A DNA stretch of 56,230 nucleotides, counting the filler, from Squatina squatina (Eukaryota): assembly GCA_031763465.1 (NCBI GenBank). It is 3 parts of 3 records of this genome, joined end to end, with 100 filler letters (N's around TTAATTAATTAA, not from the genome) between each part and the next. Parts side by side here need not be neighbours in the genome. Positions count along the whole stretch, not along the records: positions 25,179 to 40,449 come from JARFOE010000080.1; positions 40,550 to 56,230 come from JARFOE010000039.1; 1 more part is not named here. One strand, written 5' to 3'. The notes below the pieces were generated by a model. That model searched no databases. It saw only the letters and a program-made list of their open reading frames with translations, and was not told where the DNA came from. Of this stretch, positions 38,001 to 50,100 are shown one piece after another; position 1 is the first letter of the stretch; each line of letters starts with the position of its first letter. Position numbers and translations under genes: made by a program.

Positions 38001-40493
38001 NNNNNNNNNNNNNNNNNNNNNNNNNNNNNNNNNNNNNNNNNNNNNNNNNNNNNNNNNNNAGCGGGCCATATCATCAGGTTTGTAGACAAGAGAAATTGAC
38101 TGGTTTTAAAAGTGTGATTAGCATTCATGTAAATATAAATCTGCTTCAAAACCCCTAACCTCTTTCCATATACAAGCAGACTGTTATGTTTTATCATTAA
38201 GAGTCCTTTTAAAAGAGGCGCAATGTCTTTGTTAGTTTTTTTAAAAACAAGGGTAAAGCCTCACTAGATATCAATATGGTTAAAATACAAGAATCTTTCA
38301 CACAAGAATCTTTCTGTTTGCCTAAATATAGAGGTTTTTTTTGAACCCACTGCAACAAAACAAGTACTAGTTTAAGTGATTCATGTGAAGCATCATGTGA
38401 GAATGCCCTTAGGGTTAGGGGTGGAGGTCAGGGTGGCCAAATCTAACTTGCTGTGAACTAGAATGAACGCAATTCCATGGAGCAGCTTATAATCAGAAAT
38501 GAACTGTGAAATTGGGTGCGCATGTTGCAGATGTTACAAATTAAAAAATGTTGCAAAGATTGAAAAATAGTCAAAATATTATAAACTACCCAAAACAAAT
38601 AAAACTGAATAGTTTTTGAGGATTTTATCTAGATTCCTGCTTATTTTTATTTGAGTTGAATCCTAAAGCAGAATTCTAATAAAGTTATGCTATGCAATAT
38701 TATATTGCTTAAAGGAATACAGCTGACTGCAGTTGGAAGTTTATGGAGGTATCAGGACTCTGCTGCAACTTAATCAGTTGATCTACAGAGCACCCCAAAT
38801 GCCAGTGCTTCACACCCTTTGTAATTGTTGACCCAGTTACAAGTTGGTGGCACATTATCTAATGGCCATTTTGAGAGGAAATATTTGCAAGAATAGTGTT
38901 GGGGTATTTAAAAGAGAAAAGGCTGTAAAAACCTGCATATTGAGAGTTCAAAAGTGCTTGGGCAAAATGGTCCATTTGTATATGCATGACCATGAAGTGA
39001 CTTTAGGTTTGTANNNNNNNNNNNNNNNNNNNNNNNNNNNNNNNNNNNNNNNNNNNNNNNNNNNNNNNNNNNNNNNNNNNNNNNNNNNNNNNNNNNNNNN
39101 NNNNNNNNNNNNNTTGGCCCTTTCAGTTCCAGGGCCGTATGCAGGCTGTGGCTGGAAGTTAAGTTGGCGACCTGCCAATACAGTTCTTCAGCTATTGCAT
39201 GACAGCAGAAAGCTTGTGTTTGTACCTCTGTGGGTTTTTTTCTGCTTTTTCTAACTCAATGTGAAGTGGTTCCGAGCTTCTATTTGGCTATTTAATGTAC
39301 GGCAGGTTGAGACCCAGGCAAATGAACAGCATGATCCAGCCTGCATCCCTTCAACCTGATTTATTTGTTTAGATCTTTCAGCTGCCTGGTTGTACAGCTG
39401 ATGAAATTAATTTAGAGTGCGCAATATATAGTGTTCTAATAATTGTGAATTGATTTAAAGGAATTTATTTTGTCTGTGTTTGCCTTTATTTGTACAAGAA
39501 AATGCATCTTTTGTACAGCTGGATTTTTCGGAAAGTTAAACATCCGCGGCTCAAATTTCAGTTCTATGCAACATAATCCCTCAAATAAGCACTCAGCATT
39601 TCTGTTTGTTGTACTTGTTCAATGCTTGTATGCAGTTAATTTGAGTTGTCAGGCTTCACAATCCCACCTGAAGAATATTCAATTCATTTAGGTATTCAGG
39701 ACATCTGCCGCACCACTATTTGTGAATGTCACAGGAAGTTGAAGCAATTGAACTTATGGTCTGCTGATAATATGTACTTGGCATGTTTTTGTCTTGATGG
39801 CAGGCTGCATGGAGCATTTCATTTTGTTTGACCTGCCCCTGTCTAAAGTGGGGAGAGATACAGGTCTTTAACCAGTGAGAGGATATCTATCTGTCAACAA
39901 CAGTACTAGGTTTCTGACCCTTACCTGTACAAGTGTAGACCTGGTGATGGCTCGGGGTTCCCTTGGCACATAAATCATTGTCACAGGCTTTCAAAATAAC
40001 AATATCTTCATTCTGAATTAGTGCTAGAGTAAAACTGGAATGAACCAATTCATAGTTAAAGGGGTAGAGTTTGCGCTTTGGGCACAATCGACAATCTGAC
40101 CGCAAATTGGGCTAGTTTTCGGAATTTAATTTTTTGCTCAAGTTTCCACTCAAACTCATTTACATATCAACAAACGTAAAATCTTCCCTGAACCAGTGCA
40201 ATTGGGCAGTGTTATAGAATATAATTGTTTACTTTTTTTCTCACATTAAAAGATACTCCTTGATATAATTAAGAGTGGTAACCTGGCGCATTTTTATTAA
40301 TACAGCTAAAAATGGGTTTATCACAAAAAAATAAGCATTTTTAATAAGTGTCTGGTGAGTAACCTCATTTTAAATAACTGAAAATAATCTTACAAAACTC
40401 TACAGAACCATTTACTAGTTTAATTGGTGTACATGAGTCAGTTTCTTAGNNNNNNNNNNNNNNNNNNNNNNNNNNNNNNNNNNNNNNNNNNNN

Positions 40494-40505
40494 TTAATTA
40501 ATTAA
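40494..40505. other. Artificial scaffolding linker TTAATTAATTAA inside an N-gap
   Basis: Identical in design to 25123-25134. Confidence 0.9.
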
Positions 40506-41342
40506 NNNNNNNNNNNNNNNNNNNNNNNNNNNNNNNNNNNNNNNNNNNNAGAGGTTAGTTTTTTTTTACATTTCTCCTTCAGGTTTAAAGATAAATAAAT
40601 TGTCCCGGAAATTCCTGGGTGGAGGGAGATCGTACCTTTAAAGTACCTTTAAAGCAGGGAGCCGGGCGCAGCTGACACAAGCGCGCTGGCCTCGGCCAGC
40701 CACATTGCCGACGCTAGGCCACATTCACTGGGTCAGTGCCAGGCCCGCGCTTCGTTAGCGCTGACCCGTTAAAAACGGCAACGACCCCAATTGGGGGCCA
40801 GAAGACAACACTCCAGGACCGGTGCTAAAATCCTGAGCCCCCGGCCAATTCACCACCCACCCCACCCAACTCTGGTGCTGACCAATTGGACCCCCAGAGT
40901 GTTTTATTTAGGAATTTGGAAAGAGTGGCATTTCGGAGAAGTGGGGGAAGGAGTTATTGCTTTTTGCCTACACTACTTGTAGTGCTTTGTGTTACAGGTA
41001 AATATTTAATTTCATTGCCCATAATTAATGATTTGCTGTAATTACTATCATGAACTTGCTTCTTCTTTCTGTCTTTGCTGTATTCAGTATTGCTGAATGC
41101 TTTTATTTAATTGAATTTGCTCTCTGCTTGCAAATGGTCTGTCCATCACCCACCGCTAGCTCTGACATCAAACATGATAAATGCATTTTCTGCATCATGT
41201 CTGCCAGAGCTGAAACTCTGAATCAAGGAAAATAGTTTTTGATTGAAAGCTGGTCACATTCGGCCTTTCAATGTACTTGGTTGAGTGAAAGCTTCGTAAG
41301 AATCATACTAAGCTCTTCTCCTTATTGTAAAATGCATTGAGA

Positions 41343-41467
41343 TGTCTTTCGGATGAGACATTAAACCGAGGCCCCGTCTGCTCTCTCAGCTGGATGTAAA
41401 ATATCCCATGGCACTATTTCGAAGAAGAGCAGGGGAGTTATCCCCAGTGGCCTGGCCAATATTTATA
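41343..41467 (+). mobile_element. SacSINE1-like Deu-SINE internal fragment
   Basis: tgtctttcggatgagacattaaaccgaggccccgtctgctctctcag...gaagagcaggggagttatccccagtggcctggccaatattta. Confidence 0.8.
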
Positions 41468-41567
41468 NNNNNNNNNNNNNNNNNNNNNNNNNNNNNNNNN
41501 NNNNNNNNNNNNNNNNNNNNNNNNNNNNNNNNNNNNNNNNNNNNNNNNNNNNNNNNNNNNNNNNNNN

Positions 41568-41970
41568 AAAGCGCTTAACAGCCAATGAAGTACCTTTGCA
41601 GTGTAATCACTGTTGCAATGTGGGAAACGCAGCAGCCAATGTGCACACAGCAAGATCCCACAAACAGCAATGTGATAATGACCAGATAACCTGTTTTTAG
41701 CAATGTTGATTGAGGGATAAATATTGGCCCAGGACACCTCCCCTGCTTGTCTTTGAAATAGTACCATGGGATCCTTTACATCCACCTGAGAGAGCAGACA
41801 GGGCCTTGATTTAACATCTCATCTGAAAGACAGTATCTCTGACAGTGCAGCACTCCCTAAGTACTGTACTGGAGGGTCAGCCTAGATTTTTGCACTCAAG
41901 TCCCTGGAGTGGACCTTGAAGCCACAACCTCCGCATTCTAGAGCTGAAAGTGCTGCCCACGGAGACAACT
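41568..41970 (-). mobile_element. Near full-length SacSINE1-like Deu-SINE
   Basis: Reverse complement of the same body (...ttgctgtttgtgggatcttgctgtgtgcacattggctgctgcgtttccc...) with the tRNA-like head near 41900-41970. Confidence 0.82.
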
Positions 41971-42269
41971 GAACTGTTTGCAGGGATTAAACTCCAGTTT
42001 ATTTCAGATATCTAGAGTCTTTAATGAGGTTTGAAGTGCATGCTCCATTAGTAGATATAATCTCACACATTACTTTGCATAGATGGTTACATGATGCGTT
42101 CTGTACAAAAGCATACTTATGCCTCCCACATCCCCAGTGATTCATTTGGGTAACTGCAGCATGAAGTAAGTACACAGGGTATGACACCTGGTCGATGCCA
42201 AGTTATCTGATCACAGATGCCTAGCAGTGGCTTGCTATGACTGGCGCCAGTGCCTCTGAGCTATCGTTG

Positions 42270-42478
42270 TCGGTTTATGTCTCGCTCCAGTGACTTGTGT
42301 GCAAAAATCTAGGCTGACACTGAAGCGCAGTGCTGAAGGGGTGCTGCACTGTCAGAGGTGCTGTCTTTCGGATGAGACGTTAAATCGAGGTCCCGTCTGC
42401 TCTCTCAGGTGGACGTAAAAGATCTCATGGCACTATTTCGAAGAAGAGCAGGGGAGTTATCCCCGGTGTCCTGGGGCC
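42270..42478 (+). mobile_element. SacSINE1-like Deu-SINE (cut by a gap)
   Basis: gacttgtgtgcaaaaatctaggctgacac...gtgctgcactgtcagaggtgctgtctttcggatgagacgttaaa. Confidence 0.8.
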
Positions 42479-42578
42479 NNNNNNNNNNNNNNNNNNNNNN
42501 NNNNNNNNNNNNNNNNNNNNNNNNNNNNNNNNNNNNNNNNNNNNNNNNNNNNNNNNNNNNNNNNNNNNNNNNNNNNNN

Positions 42579-42730
42579 GGAAGGAATGCAGCAATAAGAA
42601 GTCTATAGAAAATGCGGAGAATTATGATAAAGCGCAGTGCAATTTTAAACTCAACTCCTACAAGATGGTGTATGTCTTCAAATCAGAAGACTATATGTAC
42701 AGGAGAACTGCGCTGCTCAGGGCTCGTCAG
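42579..42730 (+). CDS. SIN3A: SIN3A transcriptional corepressor, penultimate coding exon (5' part lost in a gap)
   Basis: Frame from 42581 reads [50 protein letters not shown], then the donor GTCAGT. This matches the recalled human SIN3A C-terminus ...[29 protein letters not shown]. It lies upstream of MAN2C1 on the same strand, as in human. It is not in the supplied ORF track. Confidence 0.9.
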
Positions 42731-42780
42731 GTCAGTATACTCCTGGCAAGTTCACAGAAATTACATCTGTTGAGGTTACT

Positions 42781-43000
42781 AAAAGCAAAATATGGTGGAT
42801 GCTGGAAATCTGCATAAAAACAGAAAATGCTGGAGAAACTCAGCAGGTCAGAGAGCATCTGTGGAAAGAGAAATGTAGCATTAATGTTTCAGGTCGATGA
42901 CCTTTCACCAGAACAGTTCTGATCTGAAACATTTGCCCTAAATTTCTCTCTCCATCGATGTTGCCTGACCTTGTGTCCGTTTACAGCAGTTTATCTGTTG
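42781..43000. mobile_element. Palindromic Penelope-like terminal-repeat relic in a SIN3A intron
   Basis: The left arm (cagaaaatgctgg...cagcaggtcag..agcatc.gtggaaagagaaa...gtttcag) is mirrored by the right arm (ctgaaac...tttctctctcca.cgatgttgcctgacc). The Penelope assignment is from recall of similar elements. Confidence 0.6.
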
Positions 43001-43857
43001 CAGTTAAATTATTTACAAACCTATTCTGTTGGACGTGTTATCTGTGAGCATTATTGGATTGTTTCTGTTAAAAAAAAGTATTCTTGCCGTCAAGTCCCCA
43101 TTTTTAAGAAGAATAACGTCACTTGTGAGTGTGGTGTATGACGGAGAATAGTTTTATGTTTAGTTCAGTCCCTTAGTATAATTCATTTATAAGCAGTGAG
43201 ACTCATTTCCTACTCAGCCCCCAAAATAACCTCATTAACTGCTCCACATATACGTTTAATAGGAACACTCTGAATTTCATTCTGAATTTCTCTCTGACAC
43301 TGAAGGTTAAAATATTTTTAAGATAAGCAGTTTGGCCACTACCTGGGGTTGGGTATGACCTGTCATCAACTCATATATGACAGTACAAATGAAACATTAT
43401 GTGTACAGTGGCTGCAGGCTAGGAATGTAAACTAACTCCATGGTAAGCCTTAAAAAAAAACTAAAGGCAGGGTTTATGAGTTGGTAATTTCTAAATGTAA
43501 TTAAGCTGGTAGGATCTTCAAGGTAGAGAGGTGACAGATGCTTAATGTTAAGAGACAGTTCATAGAATAATACAGCATAGAAGGTGGTCATTCGGCCCAT
43601 CGAGTCTACGTCGGCTCTTTCGAAGAACAATCCAGTTGGGATGAATTCCATATTCAAAGCTTTGCCTCCCGTGATTAAATTTAGTTTCCTTTTAGGATTT
43701 ATTTTGTCTTTCGTTATTGCTTTCGAACACTATTGTTTGATGAGCGAGTACTTGTGATACTCTGGTGGAGTTTAGGTGTTACAAGTTACTGGCAGTTTCC
43801 TTGCTGTGGTTGTAATGTGTACTGCAAAAATCAACTCTCAAACAATCTCGTTTAAAC

Positions 43858-43985
43858 TAAAGCAAAATACTGCGGATTCTGAAAATCTGAAACAAAAATA
43901 GAAAAGGCTGGAATTTCTCTTTCCACAGATGCTGCCTTAACCGACTGAGTGTTTTCCAATGTTTTCTGTCTTTATTTAATTTGCT
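43858..43985. mobile_element. Internally deleted copy of the same palindromic element
   Basis: aaagcaaaatactgcggattctgaaaatctgaaac...ttccacagatgctgcc...ctgagtgttttccaatgttttctgt. Confidence 0.55.
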
Positions 43986-46900
43986 GCAATAATGAAGATG
44001 GTAAATTATTAAACTTGACTGTTAAAAGAGGAATATGTCACAATGTGTCCTCGCTTAAGATTTTTTTTTACCAGTAATAATTGCTGGGATACTTATTCAG
44101 CTTTTCCAAGAATTGTTTTTAATGCTTTTTATTTTTAAAGAAGCAAATACTCCATGGTTAGGCCTTTAAACATCTTACCAAAAATTAATGGGCAAATCCC
44201 ATCTATAACATATTAGAAGTCTTACGTAGAGTGCAGGCTTCCTGTCTGTGTCACACTTACTTTCTATCACCCTTTAGCCGTCACACATCAAACATCGCAC
44301 TTCAAATATCACATTACACTTCAGCATATCCGCTGACTGCAATGTCACGGGAGATTAGATAGAATTACGAAGAGTTACATAGAGTATACAGCACAGGAAT
44401 AGTCCATTTGACCCAACCAGTCCATGCCGATGTTGATGCTCCACTCGAGTCTTCTTCCATCTTTCTTCATCTAACTCTTACAGCATAACCCTCTATTCCC
44501 TTCTGAACTTTCTTCTGAATTACCTATTCGATTTCTTGGTGACTATCTTATATTGTAGGCTTCTAGTTTTCCTCTTCCCCAAAAGTTGAAATACTCTCTG
44601 TGTATCTACTCTGTTAAACATAGAAAATAGGTGCAGGAGTAGAGCATTCGGCCCTTTGAGCCAGCACCGGCTTNNNNNNNNNNNNNNNNNNNNNNNNNNN
44701 NNNNNNNNNNNNNNNNNNNNNNNNNNNNNNNNNNNNNNNNNNNNNNNNNNNNNNNNNNNNNNNNNNNNNNNNNNNNNNNNNNNNNNNNNNNNNNNNNNNN
44801 NNNNNNNNNNNNNNNNNNNNNNNNNNNNNNNNNNNNNNNNNNNNNNNNNNNNNNNNNNNNNNNNNNNNNNNNNNNNNNNNNNNNNNNNNNNNNNNNNNNN
44901 NNNNNNNNNNNNNNNNNNNNNNNNNNNNNNNNNNNNNNNNNNNNNNNNNNNNNNNNNNNNNNNNNNNNNNNNNNNNNNNNNNNNNNNNNNNNNNNNNNNN
45001 NNNNNNNNNNNNNNNNNNNNNNNNNNNNNNNNNNNNNNNNNNNNNNNNNNNNNNNNNNNNNNNNNNNNNNNNNNNNNNNNNNNNNNNNNNNNNNNNNNNN
45101 NNNNNNNNNNNNNNNNNNNNNNNNNNNNNNNNNNNNNNNNNNNNNNNNNNNNNNNNNNNNNNNNNNNNNNNNNNNNNNNNNNNNNNNNNNNNNNNNNNNN
45201 NNNNNNNNNNNNNNNNNNNNNNNNNNNNNNNNNNNNNNNNNNNNNNNNNNNNNNNNNNNNNNNNNNNNNNNNNNNNNNNNNNNNNNNNNNNNNNNNNNNN
45301 NNNNNNNNNNNNNNNNNNNNNNNNNNNNNNNNNNNNNNNNNNNNNNNNNNNNNNNNNNNNNNNNNNNNNNNNNNNNNNNNNNNNNNNNNNNNNNNNNNNN
45401 NNNNNNNNNNNNNNNNNNNNNNNNNNNNNNNNNNNNNNNNNNNNNNNNNNNNNNNNNNNNNNNNNNNNNNNNNNNNNNNNNNNNNNNNNNNNNNNNNNNN
45501 NNNNNNNNNNNNNNNNNNNNNNNNNNNNNNNNNNNNNNNNNNNNNNNNNNNNNNNNNNNNNNNNNNNNNGCTTTATTCAAGGGGCCATGACCAACTCGCA
45601 CAGCAGGTCCTTCCCCACGCGCAATGTACCCATGTTGTGGCATCTCATCCAATGCCATACACCAGCTCCAACTCAAAAAAACACTGCTATGTCTTTGTAA
45701 ATACTCTGTACATATTGTCAACAGACTTTTTTTTAAAAAAGAAACAATCTGCATCAATGTGCTAGCATTACTTACTAGCTTATTGTGTATCATAGTATGA
45801 GGTGGCTTGAAGTTAGGTAATATGGAAAAAAATGAGGCACCATTATTAAAGTTTTTACCAAAGGGATTTCAGAGTAATTGTAGCTTTCTTTGTGTGTGAA
45901 TTTCTGTTAGTGAAAAGATATTTCATTATGTACAGAACACTTGCATCATTAAGTGTCCCTGTGCAGCATGCCATTACATAGTGCATTTTGGCCTTTTTGT
46001 TTTAAGTTTTAATTCAAGTTTGCTCGTCTAACAACTGGACCAAACTTCATGGCGGACATCATTGGAACTGTCCAATCATCTTTTCTTTCTTTATGGAAAC
46101 ATTGAACTCTGGGTCTCTGATGGTAACTTACCTGTGACCTTTTTTTTAACCTGCCTTAGTCTTCCAAACACAATTCACTTCCTGTCGGAAGTCTGGCAGA
46201 CTGCTGGTTCCAGTTTTTATGCAGTATTTGACCCCATTTGATTAGTAGCTTCAGGTATTAAGAGATATTAATGAGCAAGTGGTTGACTGACTGCAAGGTC
46301 TCTTACTAACGTGACAGCCGACCAGTCGGGTTTTCTTCATTCTGCAGTATCCTTTCAGGTTTTTTTCCCGGCAGTGCATCATCGATCGATCAATAATTCT
46401 GTCACGTTTAACGCAGTCCCTTGGTTTTCGCACTGCTTTATTTCGTGTTGTAGCAAAAAATGGTTTAAATGGTTTGGGCATTTTCGTTCGAACATCTTTT
46501 AAAGCACCTTGATTCTAGCATTTGAAGCCTCTTGTGAATGCAGTAGCTACTATCGGAAGATGATGAAAAATATTGGTTGTGTTTTGTTGCAGTGTGTTTA
46601 ATGTCCTTAGTTGGGTTGAGATTGGAGGGTTGTCACTATTGATATAGAAACATAGAAGATAGGAGCAGGAGTAGGCCATTCGGCCCTTCGAGCCTGCTCT
46701 GCCATTCAATGAGATCATNNNNNNNNNNNNNNNNNNNNNNNNNNNNNNNNNNNNNNNNNNNNNNNNNNNNNNNNNNNNNNNNNNNNNNNNNNNNNNNNNN
46801 NNNNNNNNNNNNNNNNNNGGTGGCATTTTTGCTTATCACGCCTCTCACCAGCTGTTTCAGAACGTCATCAGGGACAAATGACAATCTGTTGCACTCCATC

Positions 46901-47105
46901 AAGGGTGGTGTACAGTGCAGAGAGGCCCGTGAAAGGGAATAAAATATCTTGAACGAGGACTTGTCACTTTCAAAAAGTCTTTGCATACAGCTTCTTCTAT
47001 CTGAACACGTTCTGTGGACATACTATTGATTTCAACAGTAACAAGTTAGTCATATAGCTTTTAGTATTAATATCTATTTGTTCCCTCTTTACCTCCCTCC
47101 CCCAG

Positions 47106-50100
47106 CACCTTGGCAATGAGAATCAGCGTAGCTATCAAGCATTGTACACCGCCAATAAGATGGTGAATGCCTGTGACGTTTCAGACCCGAGCACCTTCGC
47201 AGAAGTTCACCAATTGGCCAGCGCTTTTTTTCAGCAGCAGAATGGCGAGAGTCAGCACACAGTGCATGCAATGGGACACTGCCACATTGATACAGGTCAG
47301 AGGAGATTTGCATACAGTCAGTCACTCGAGTAACAGAGTTTACAATTAAATGTAAATAATAGTTATAAAATGTACCTCTTTGCATTCACAATTTATATCA
47401 TTTTTATCCCTCTGATTATAGCCTTACAGTAATTCCTGGGTATTCATTATTATATAGTTCAAGTCCAACGCTAGAGACTTGTGCACAAAAATCTAGGCTG
47501 ACACTCCAGTGCAGNNNNNNNNNNNNNNNNNNNNNNNNNNNNNNNNNNNNNNNNNNNNNNNNNNNNNNNNNNNNNNNNNNNNNNNNNNNNNNNNNNNNNN
47601 NNNNNNNNNNNNNNCGGTAGTTACTGGGAACACGGACTCGTGGACACAGGGAACACAGACTCGATGGGCACTGGGAACAAGGATCGGTGGTCACTGGGAA
47701 CACGGACTCGGTGGACACTGGGAACACGGACTCAGTGGACACGGAACGTGGACTCGGTGGACACTGGGAATGTGGATTCGGTGAGCACTGGGAACGCGGA
47801 CTCGGTGGGCTCTGGGAACGCGGACTCGGTGAGCACTGGGTACGCGAACTCTGTGGGCTCTGGGAACGCGGAGTCGGTGGGCACTGGGTACGCGAACTCT
47901 GTGGACACTGGGAACACAGACTCAGTGGACACGGAACGTGGACTCGATGGACACTGGGAACGTGGACTCGGTGAGCACTGGGAACACGACCTTCGTGGAC
48001 ACTGGGAACGTGGACTCTGTGGGCAGTGGGAACGCGAACTCGGTGAACACTGGGAACACGGACTTGATGGACACTGGGAACGCGGACTCGGTGAACACTG
48101 GGATCGTGGCGAACTCTATGCTGACTGGGAATGCGGTGAATTCCAGTGGCACTGGAGTTCGCACATGATGAACACTATTTATCCCTCATGCAACATCAAT
48201 AAACCTGATATCTGGTCATTTATCTCATTACTGTTTGTGGTACCTTGCTCTGCTCAAATTGGCTGCTGCATTTCCTGAAATTACAATAATTACTCTTCAA
48301 AGGTACTTCATTCGCTGTAATTGCTATGGGACATCCTCAGGTAGTGAAAGATGGTATATAAATGCAAATTCTTTCTTTTTCAATTGCTTTTTGAAATGAA
48401 ATGCTTAAATATATAACTAGTACTGAATTAGCAAGAACTATTAACATTTCCTTTCACTTCCTAACAGGCACAGCAGCTGGAGTGGCTAAAGAACTGGTAT
48501 CCAGGCTTGTACACACAAATCCAGGAGTATGCTGAGAAGGGGCAGTTTGTCACGGTGGGNNNNNNNNNNNNNNNNNNNNNNNNNNNNNNNNNNNNNNNNN
48601 NNNNNNNNNNNNNNNNNNNNNNNNNNNNNNNNNNNNNNNNNNNNNNNNNNNNNNNNNNNAGCTGCTGAATACAGTTAAAAATAACAAAGACAAAGGTCGT
48701 GTAAATCACAGTGCATTCCTATTTGGGTTTGGCGATGGGGGAGGTGGACCCACACAAGACATGTTGGATCGACTACAGAGAATGGAAGACACAGATGGGC
48801 TTCCCAGGTCAGGGAACAAACACTGTTTAAAAGTTTTGTACATTTTTAACTAACTTCCTATTTTAGTCTGACCTGAAGAGGTTCATTACTCATGTGCCTC
48901 TTTCTATTCCTGCCATTATGTCAAATAGTTTGCTTTGTGGATATAAAATAATTTTTAAAATCCTGCATGCAACAGTGTATTTAATAAGTCATAACTGTTC
49001 ATGATGCAGTGTGTTGGAGACCCAGGGCGGCCAATTTGACTTCCCTGAGTTACTAGAGCTAACAGGCACATTGTTGAGTGCAAAGTTTGGGTTTCGGCAG
49101 TGTCCCTTTAAGGCCTGCAATTTGGCACGTAGAAAAAAACAATCTGACAGCTTACAAAAACCTGCTAATTTCAGCGCTGAAGGGTCACTACTTAGCACTG
49201 ATTACCTTAGTTTATTTTACTAGTTCAATTGCAGAATAAACCTAACTGGTATCAATCAGCCCTCAGGCCACCTCACAACTTAAAGGGGGGCCTTTCCCAC
49301 ACCATTGCTTAGGTCAGTGCTGGAAGAGCTGGAGAGGAGAATATTAATTGAAAGGAGACAGGACACAATAACAGAGATGGCAGAGAGGAATGGTGCAAGA
49401 GTGAGGGCTCCCCGGTTCACTGAGGCAGCTCTTGATCCACTCGTCAAAGCAGTAGACAGAAGGGTCGCAAAATTGTTTCCTGTGCCCGGAAGAAGGGGAA
49501 CAGCCAAGATGATAAGGCGAGCCTGGAGGAACGCATTGACTGAAGTGGCTTCCATGGATGTAACACTGAGGAATGGGAATCAANNNNNNNNNNNNNNNNN
49601 NNNNNNNNNNNNNNNNNNNNNNNNNNNNNNNNNNNNNNNNNNNNNNNNNNNNNNNNNNNNNNNNNNNNNNNNNNNNNNNNNNNNNNNNNNNNNNNNNNNN
49701 NNNNNNNNNNNNNNNNNNNNNNNNNNNNNNNNNNNNNNNNNNNNNNNNNNNNNNNNNNNNNNNNNNNNNNNNNNNNNNNNNNNNNNNNNNNNNNNNNNNN
49801 NNNNNNNNNNNNNNNNNNNNNNNNNNNNNNNNNNNNNNNNNNNNNNNNNNNNNNNNNNNNNNNNNNNNNNNNNNNNNNNNNNNNNNNNNNNNNNNNNNNN
49901 NNNNNNNNNNNNNNNNNNNNNNNNNNNNNNNNNNNNNNNNNNNNNNNNNNNNNNNNNNNNNNNNNNNNNNNNNNNNNNNNNNNNNNNNNNNNNNNNNNNN
50001 NNNNNNNNNNNNNNNNNNNNNNNNNNNNNNNNNNNNNNNNNNNNNNNNNNNNNNNNNNNNNNNNNNNNNNNNNNNNNNNNNNNNNNNNNNNNNNNNNNNN

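Noticed and set aside
17800-40400. PTPN9, NEIL1 or further SIN3A exons expected from human synteny
   Set aside because: I found no segment translating to recognisable parts of these proteins; short exons could have been missed by eye.
44606-45793. 395-aa and 369-aa ORFs
   Set aside because: Almost entirely X from the 44674-45569 gap; the flanks are a CR1 tail and non-coding sequence.
47620-48150. CRISPR-like array
   Set aside because: Head-to-tail degenerate repeats without unique spacers, in a vertebrate context with no cas genes.
47640-48278. 212-aa repetitive ORF as an antifreeze or ice-nucleation protein
   Set aside because: Produced by a 24-bp minisatellite with internal frameshifts, runs into a SINE, has no signal peptide or splice structure, and is intronic in MAN2C1.
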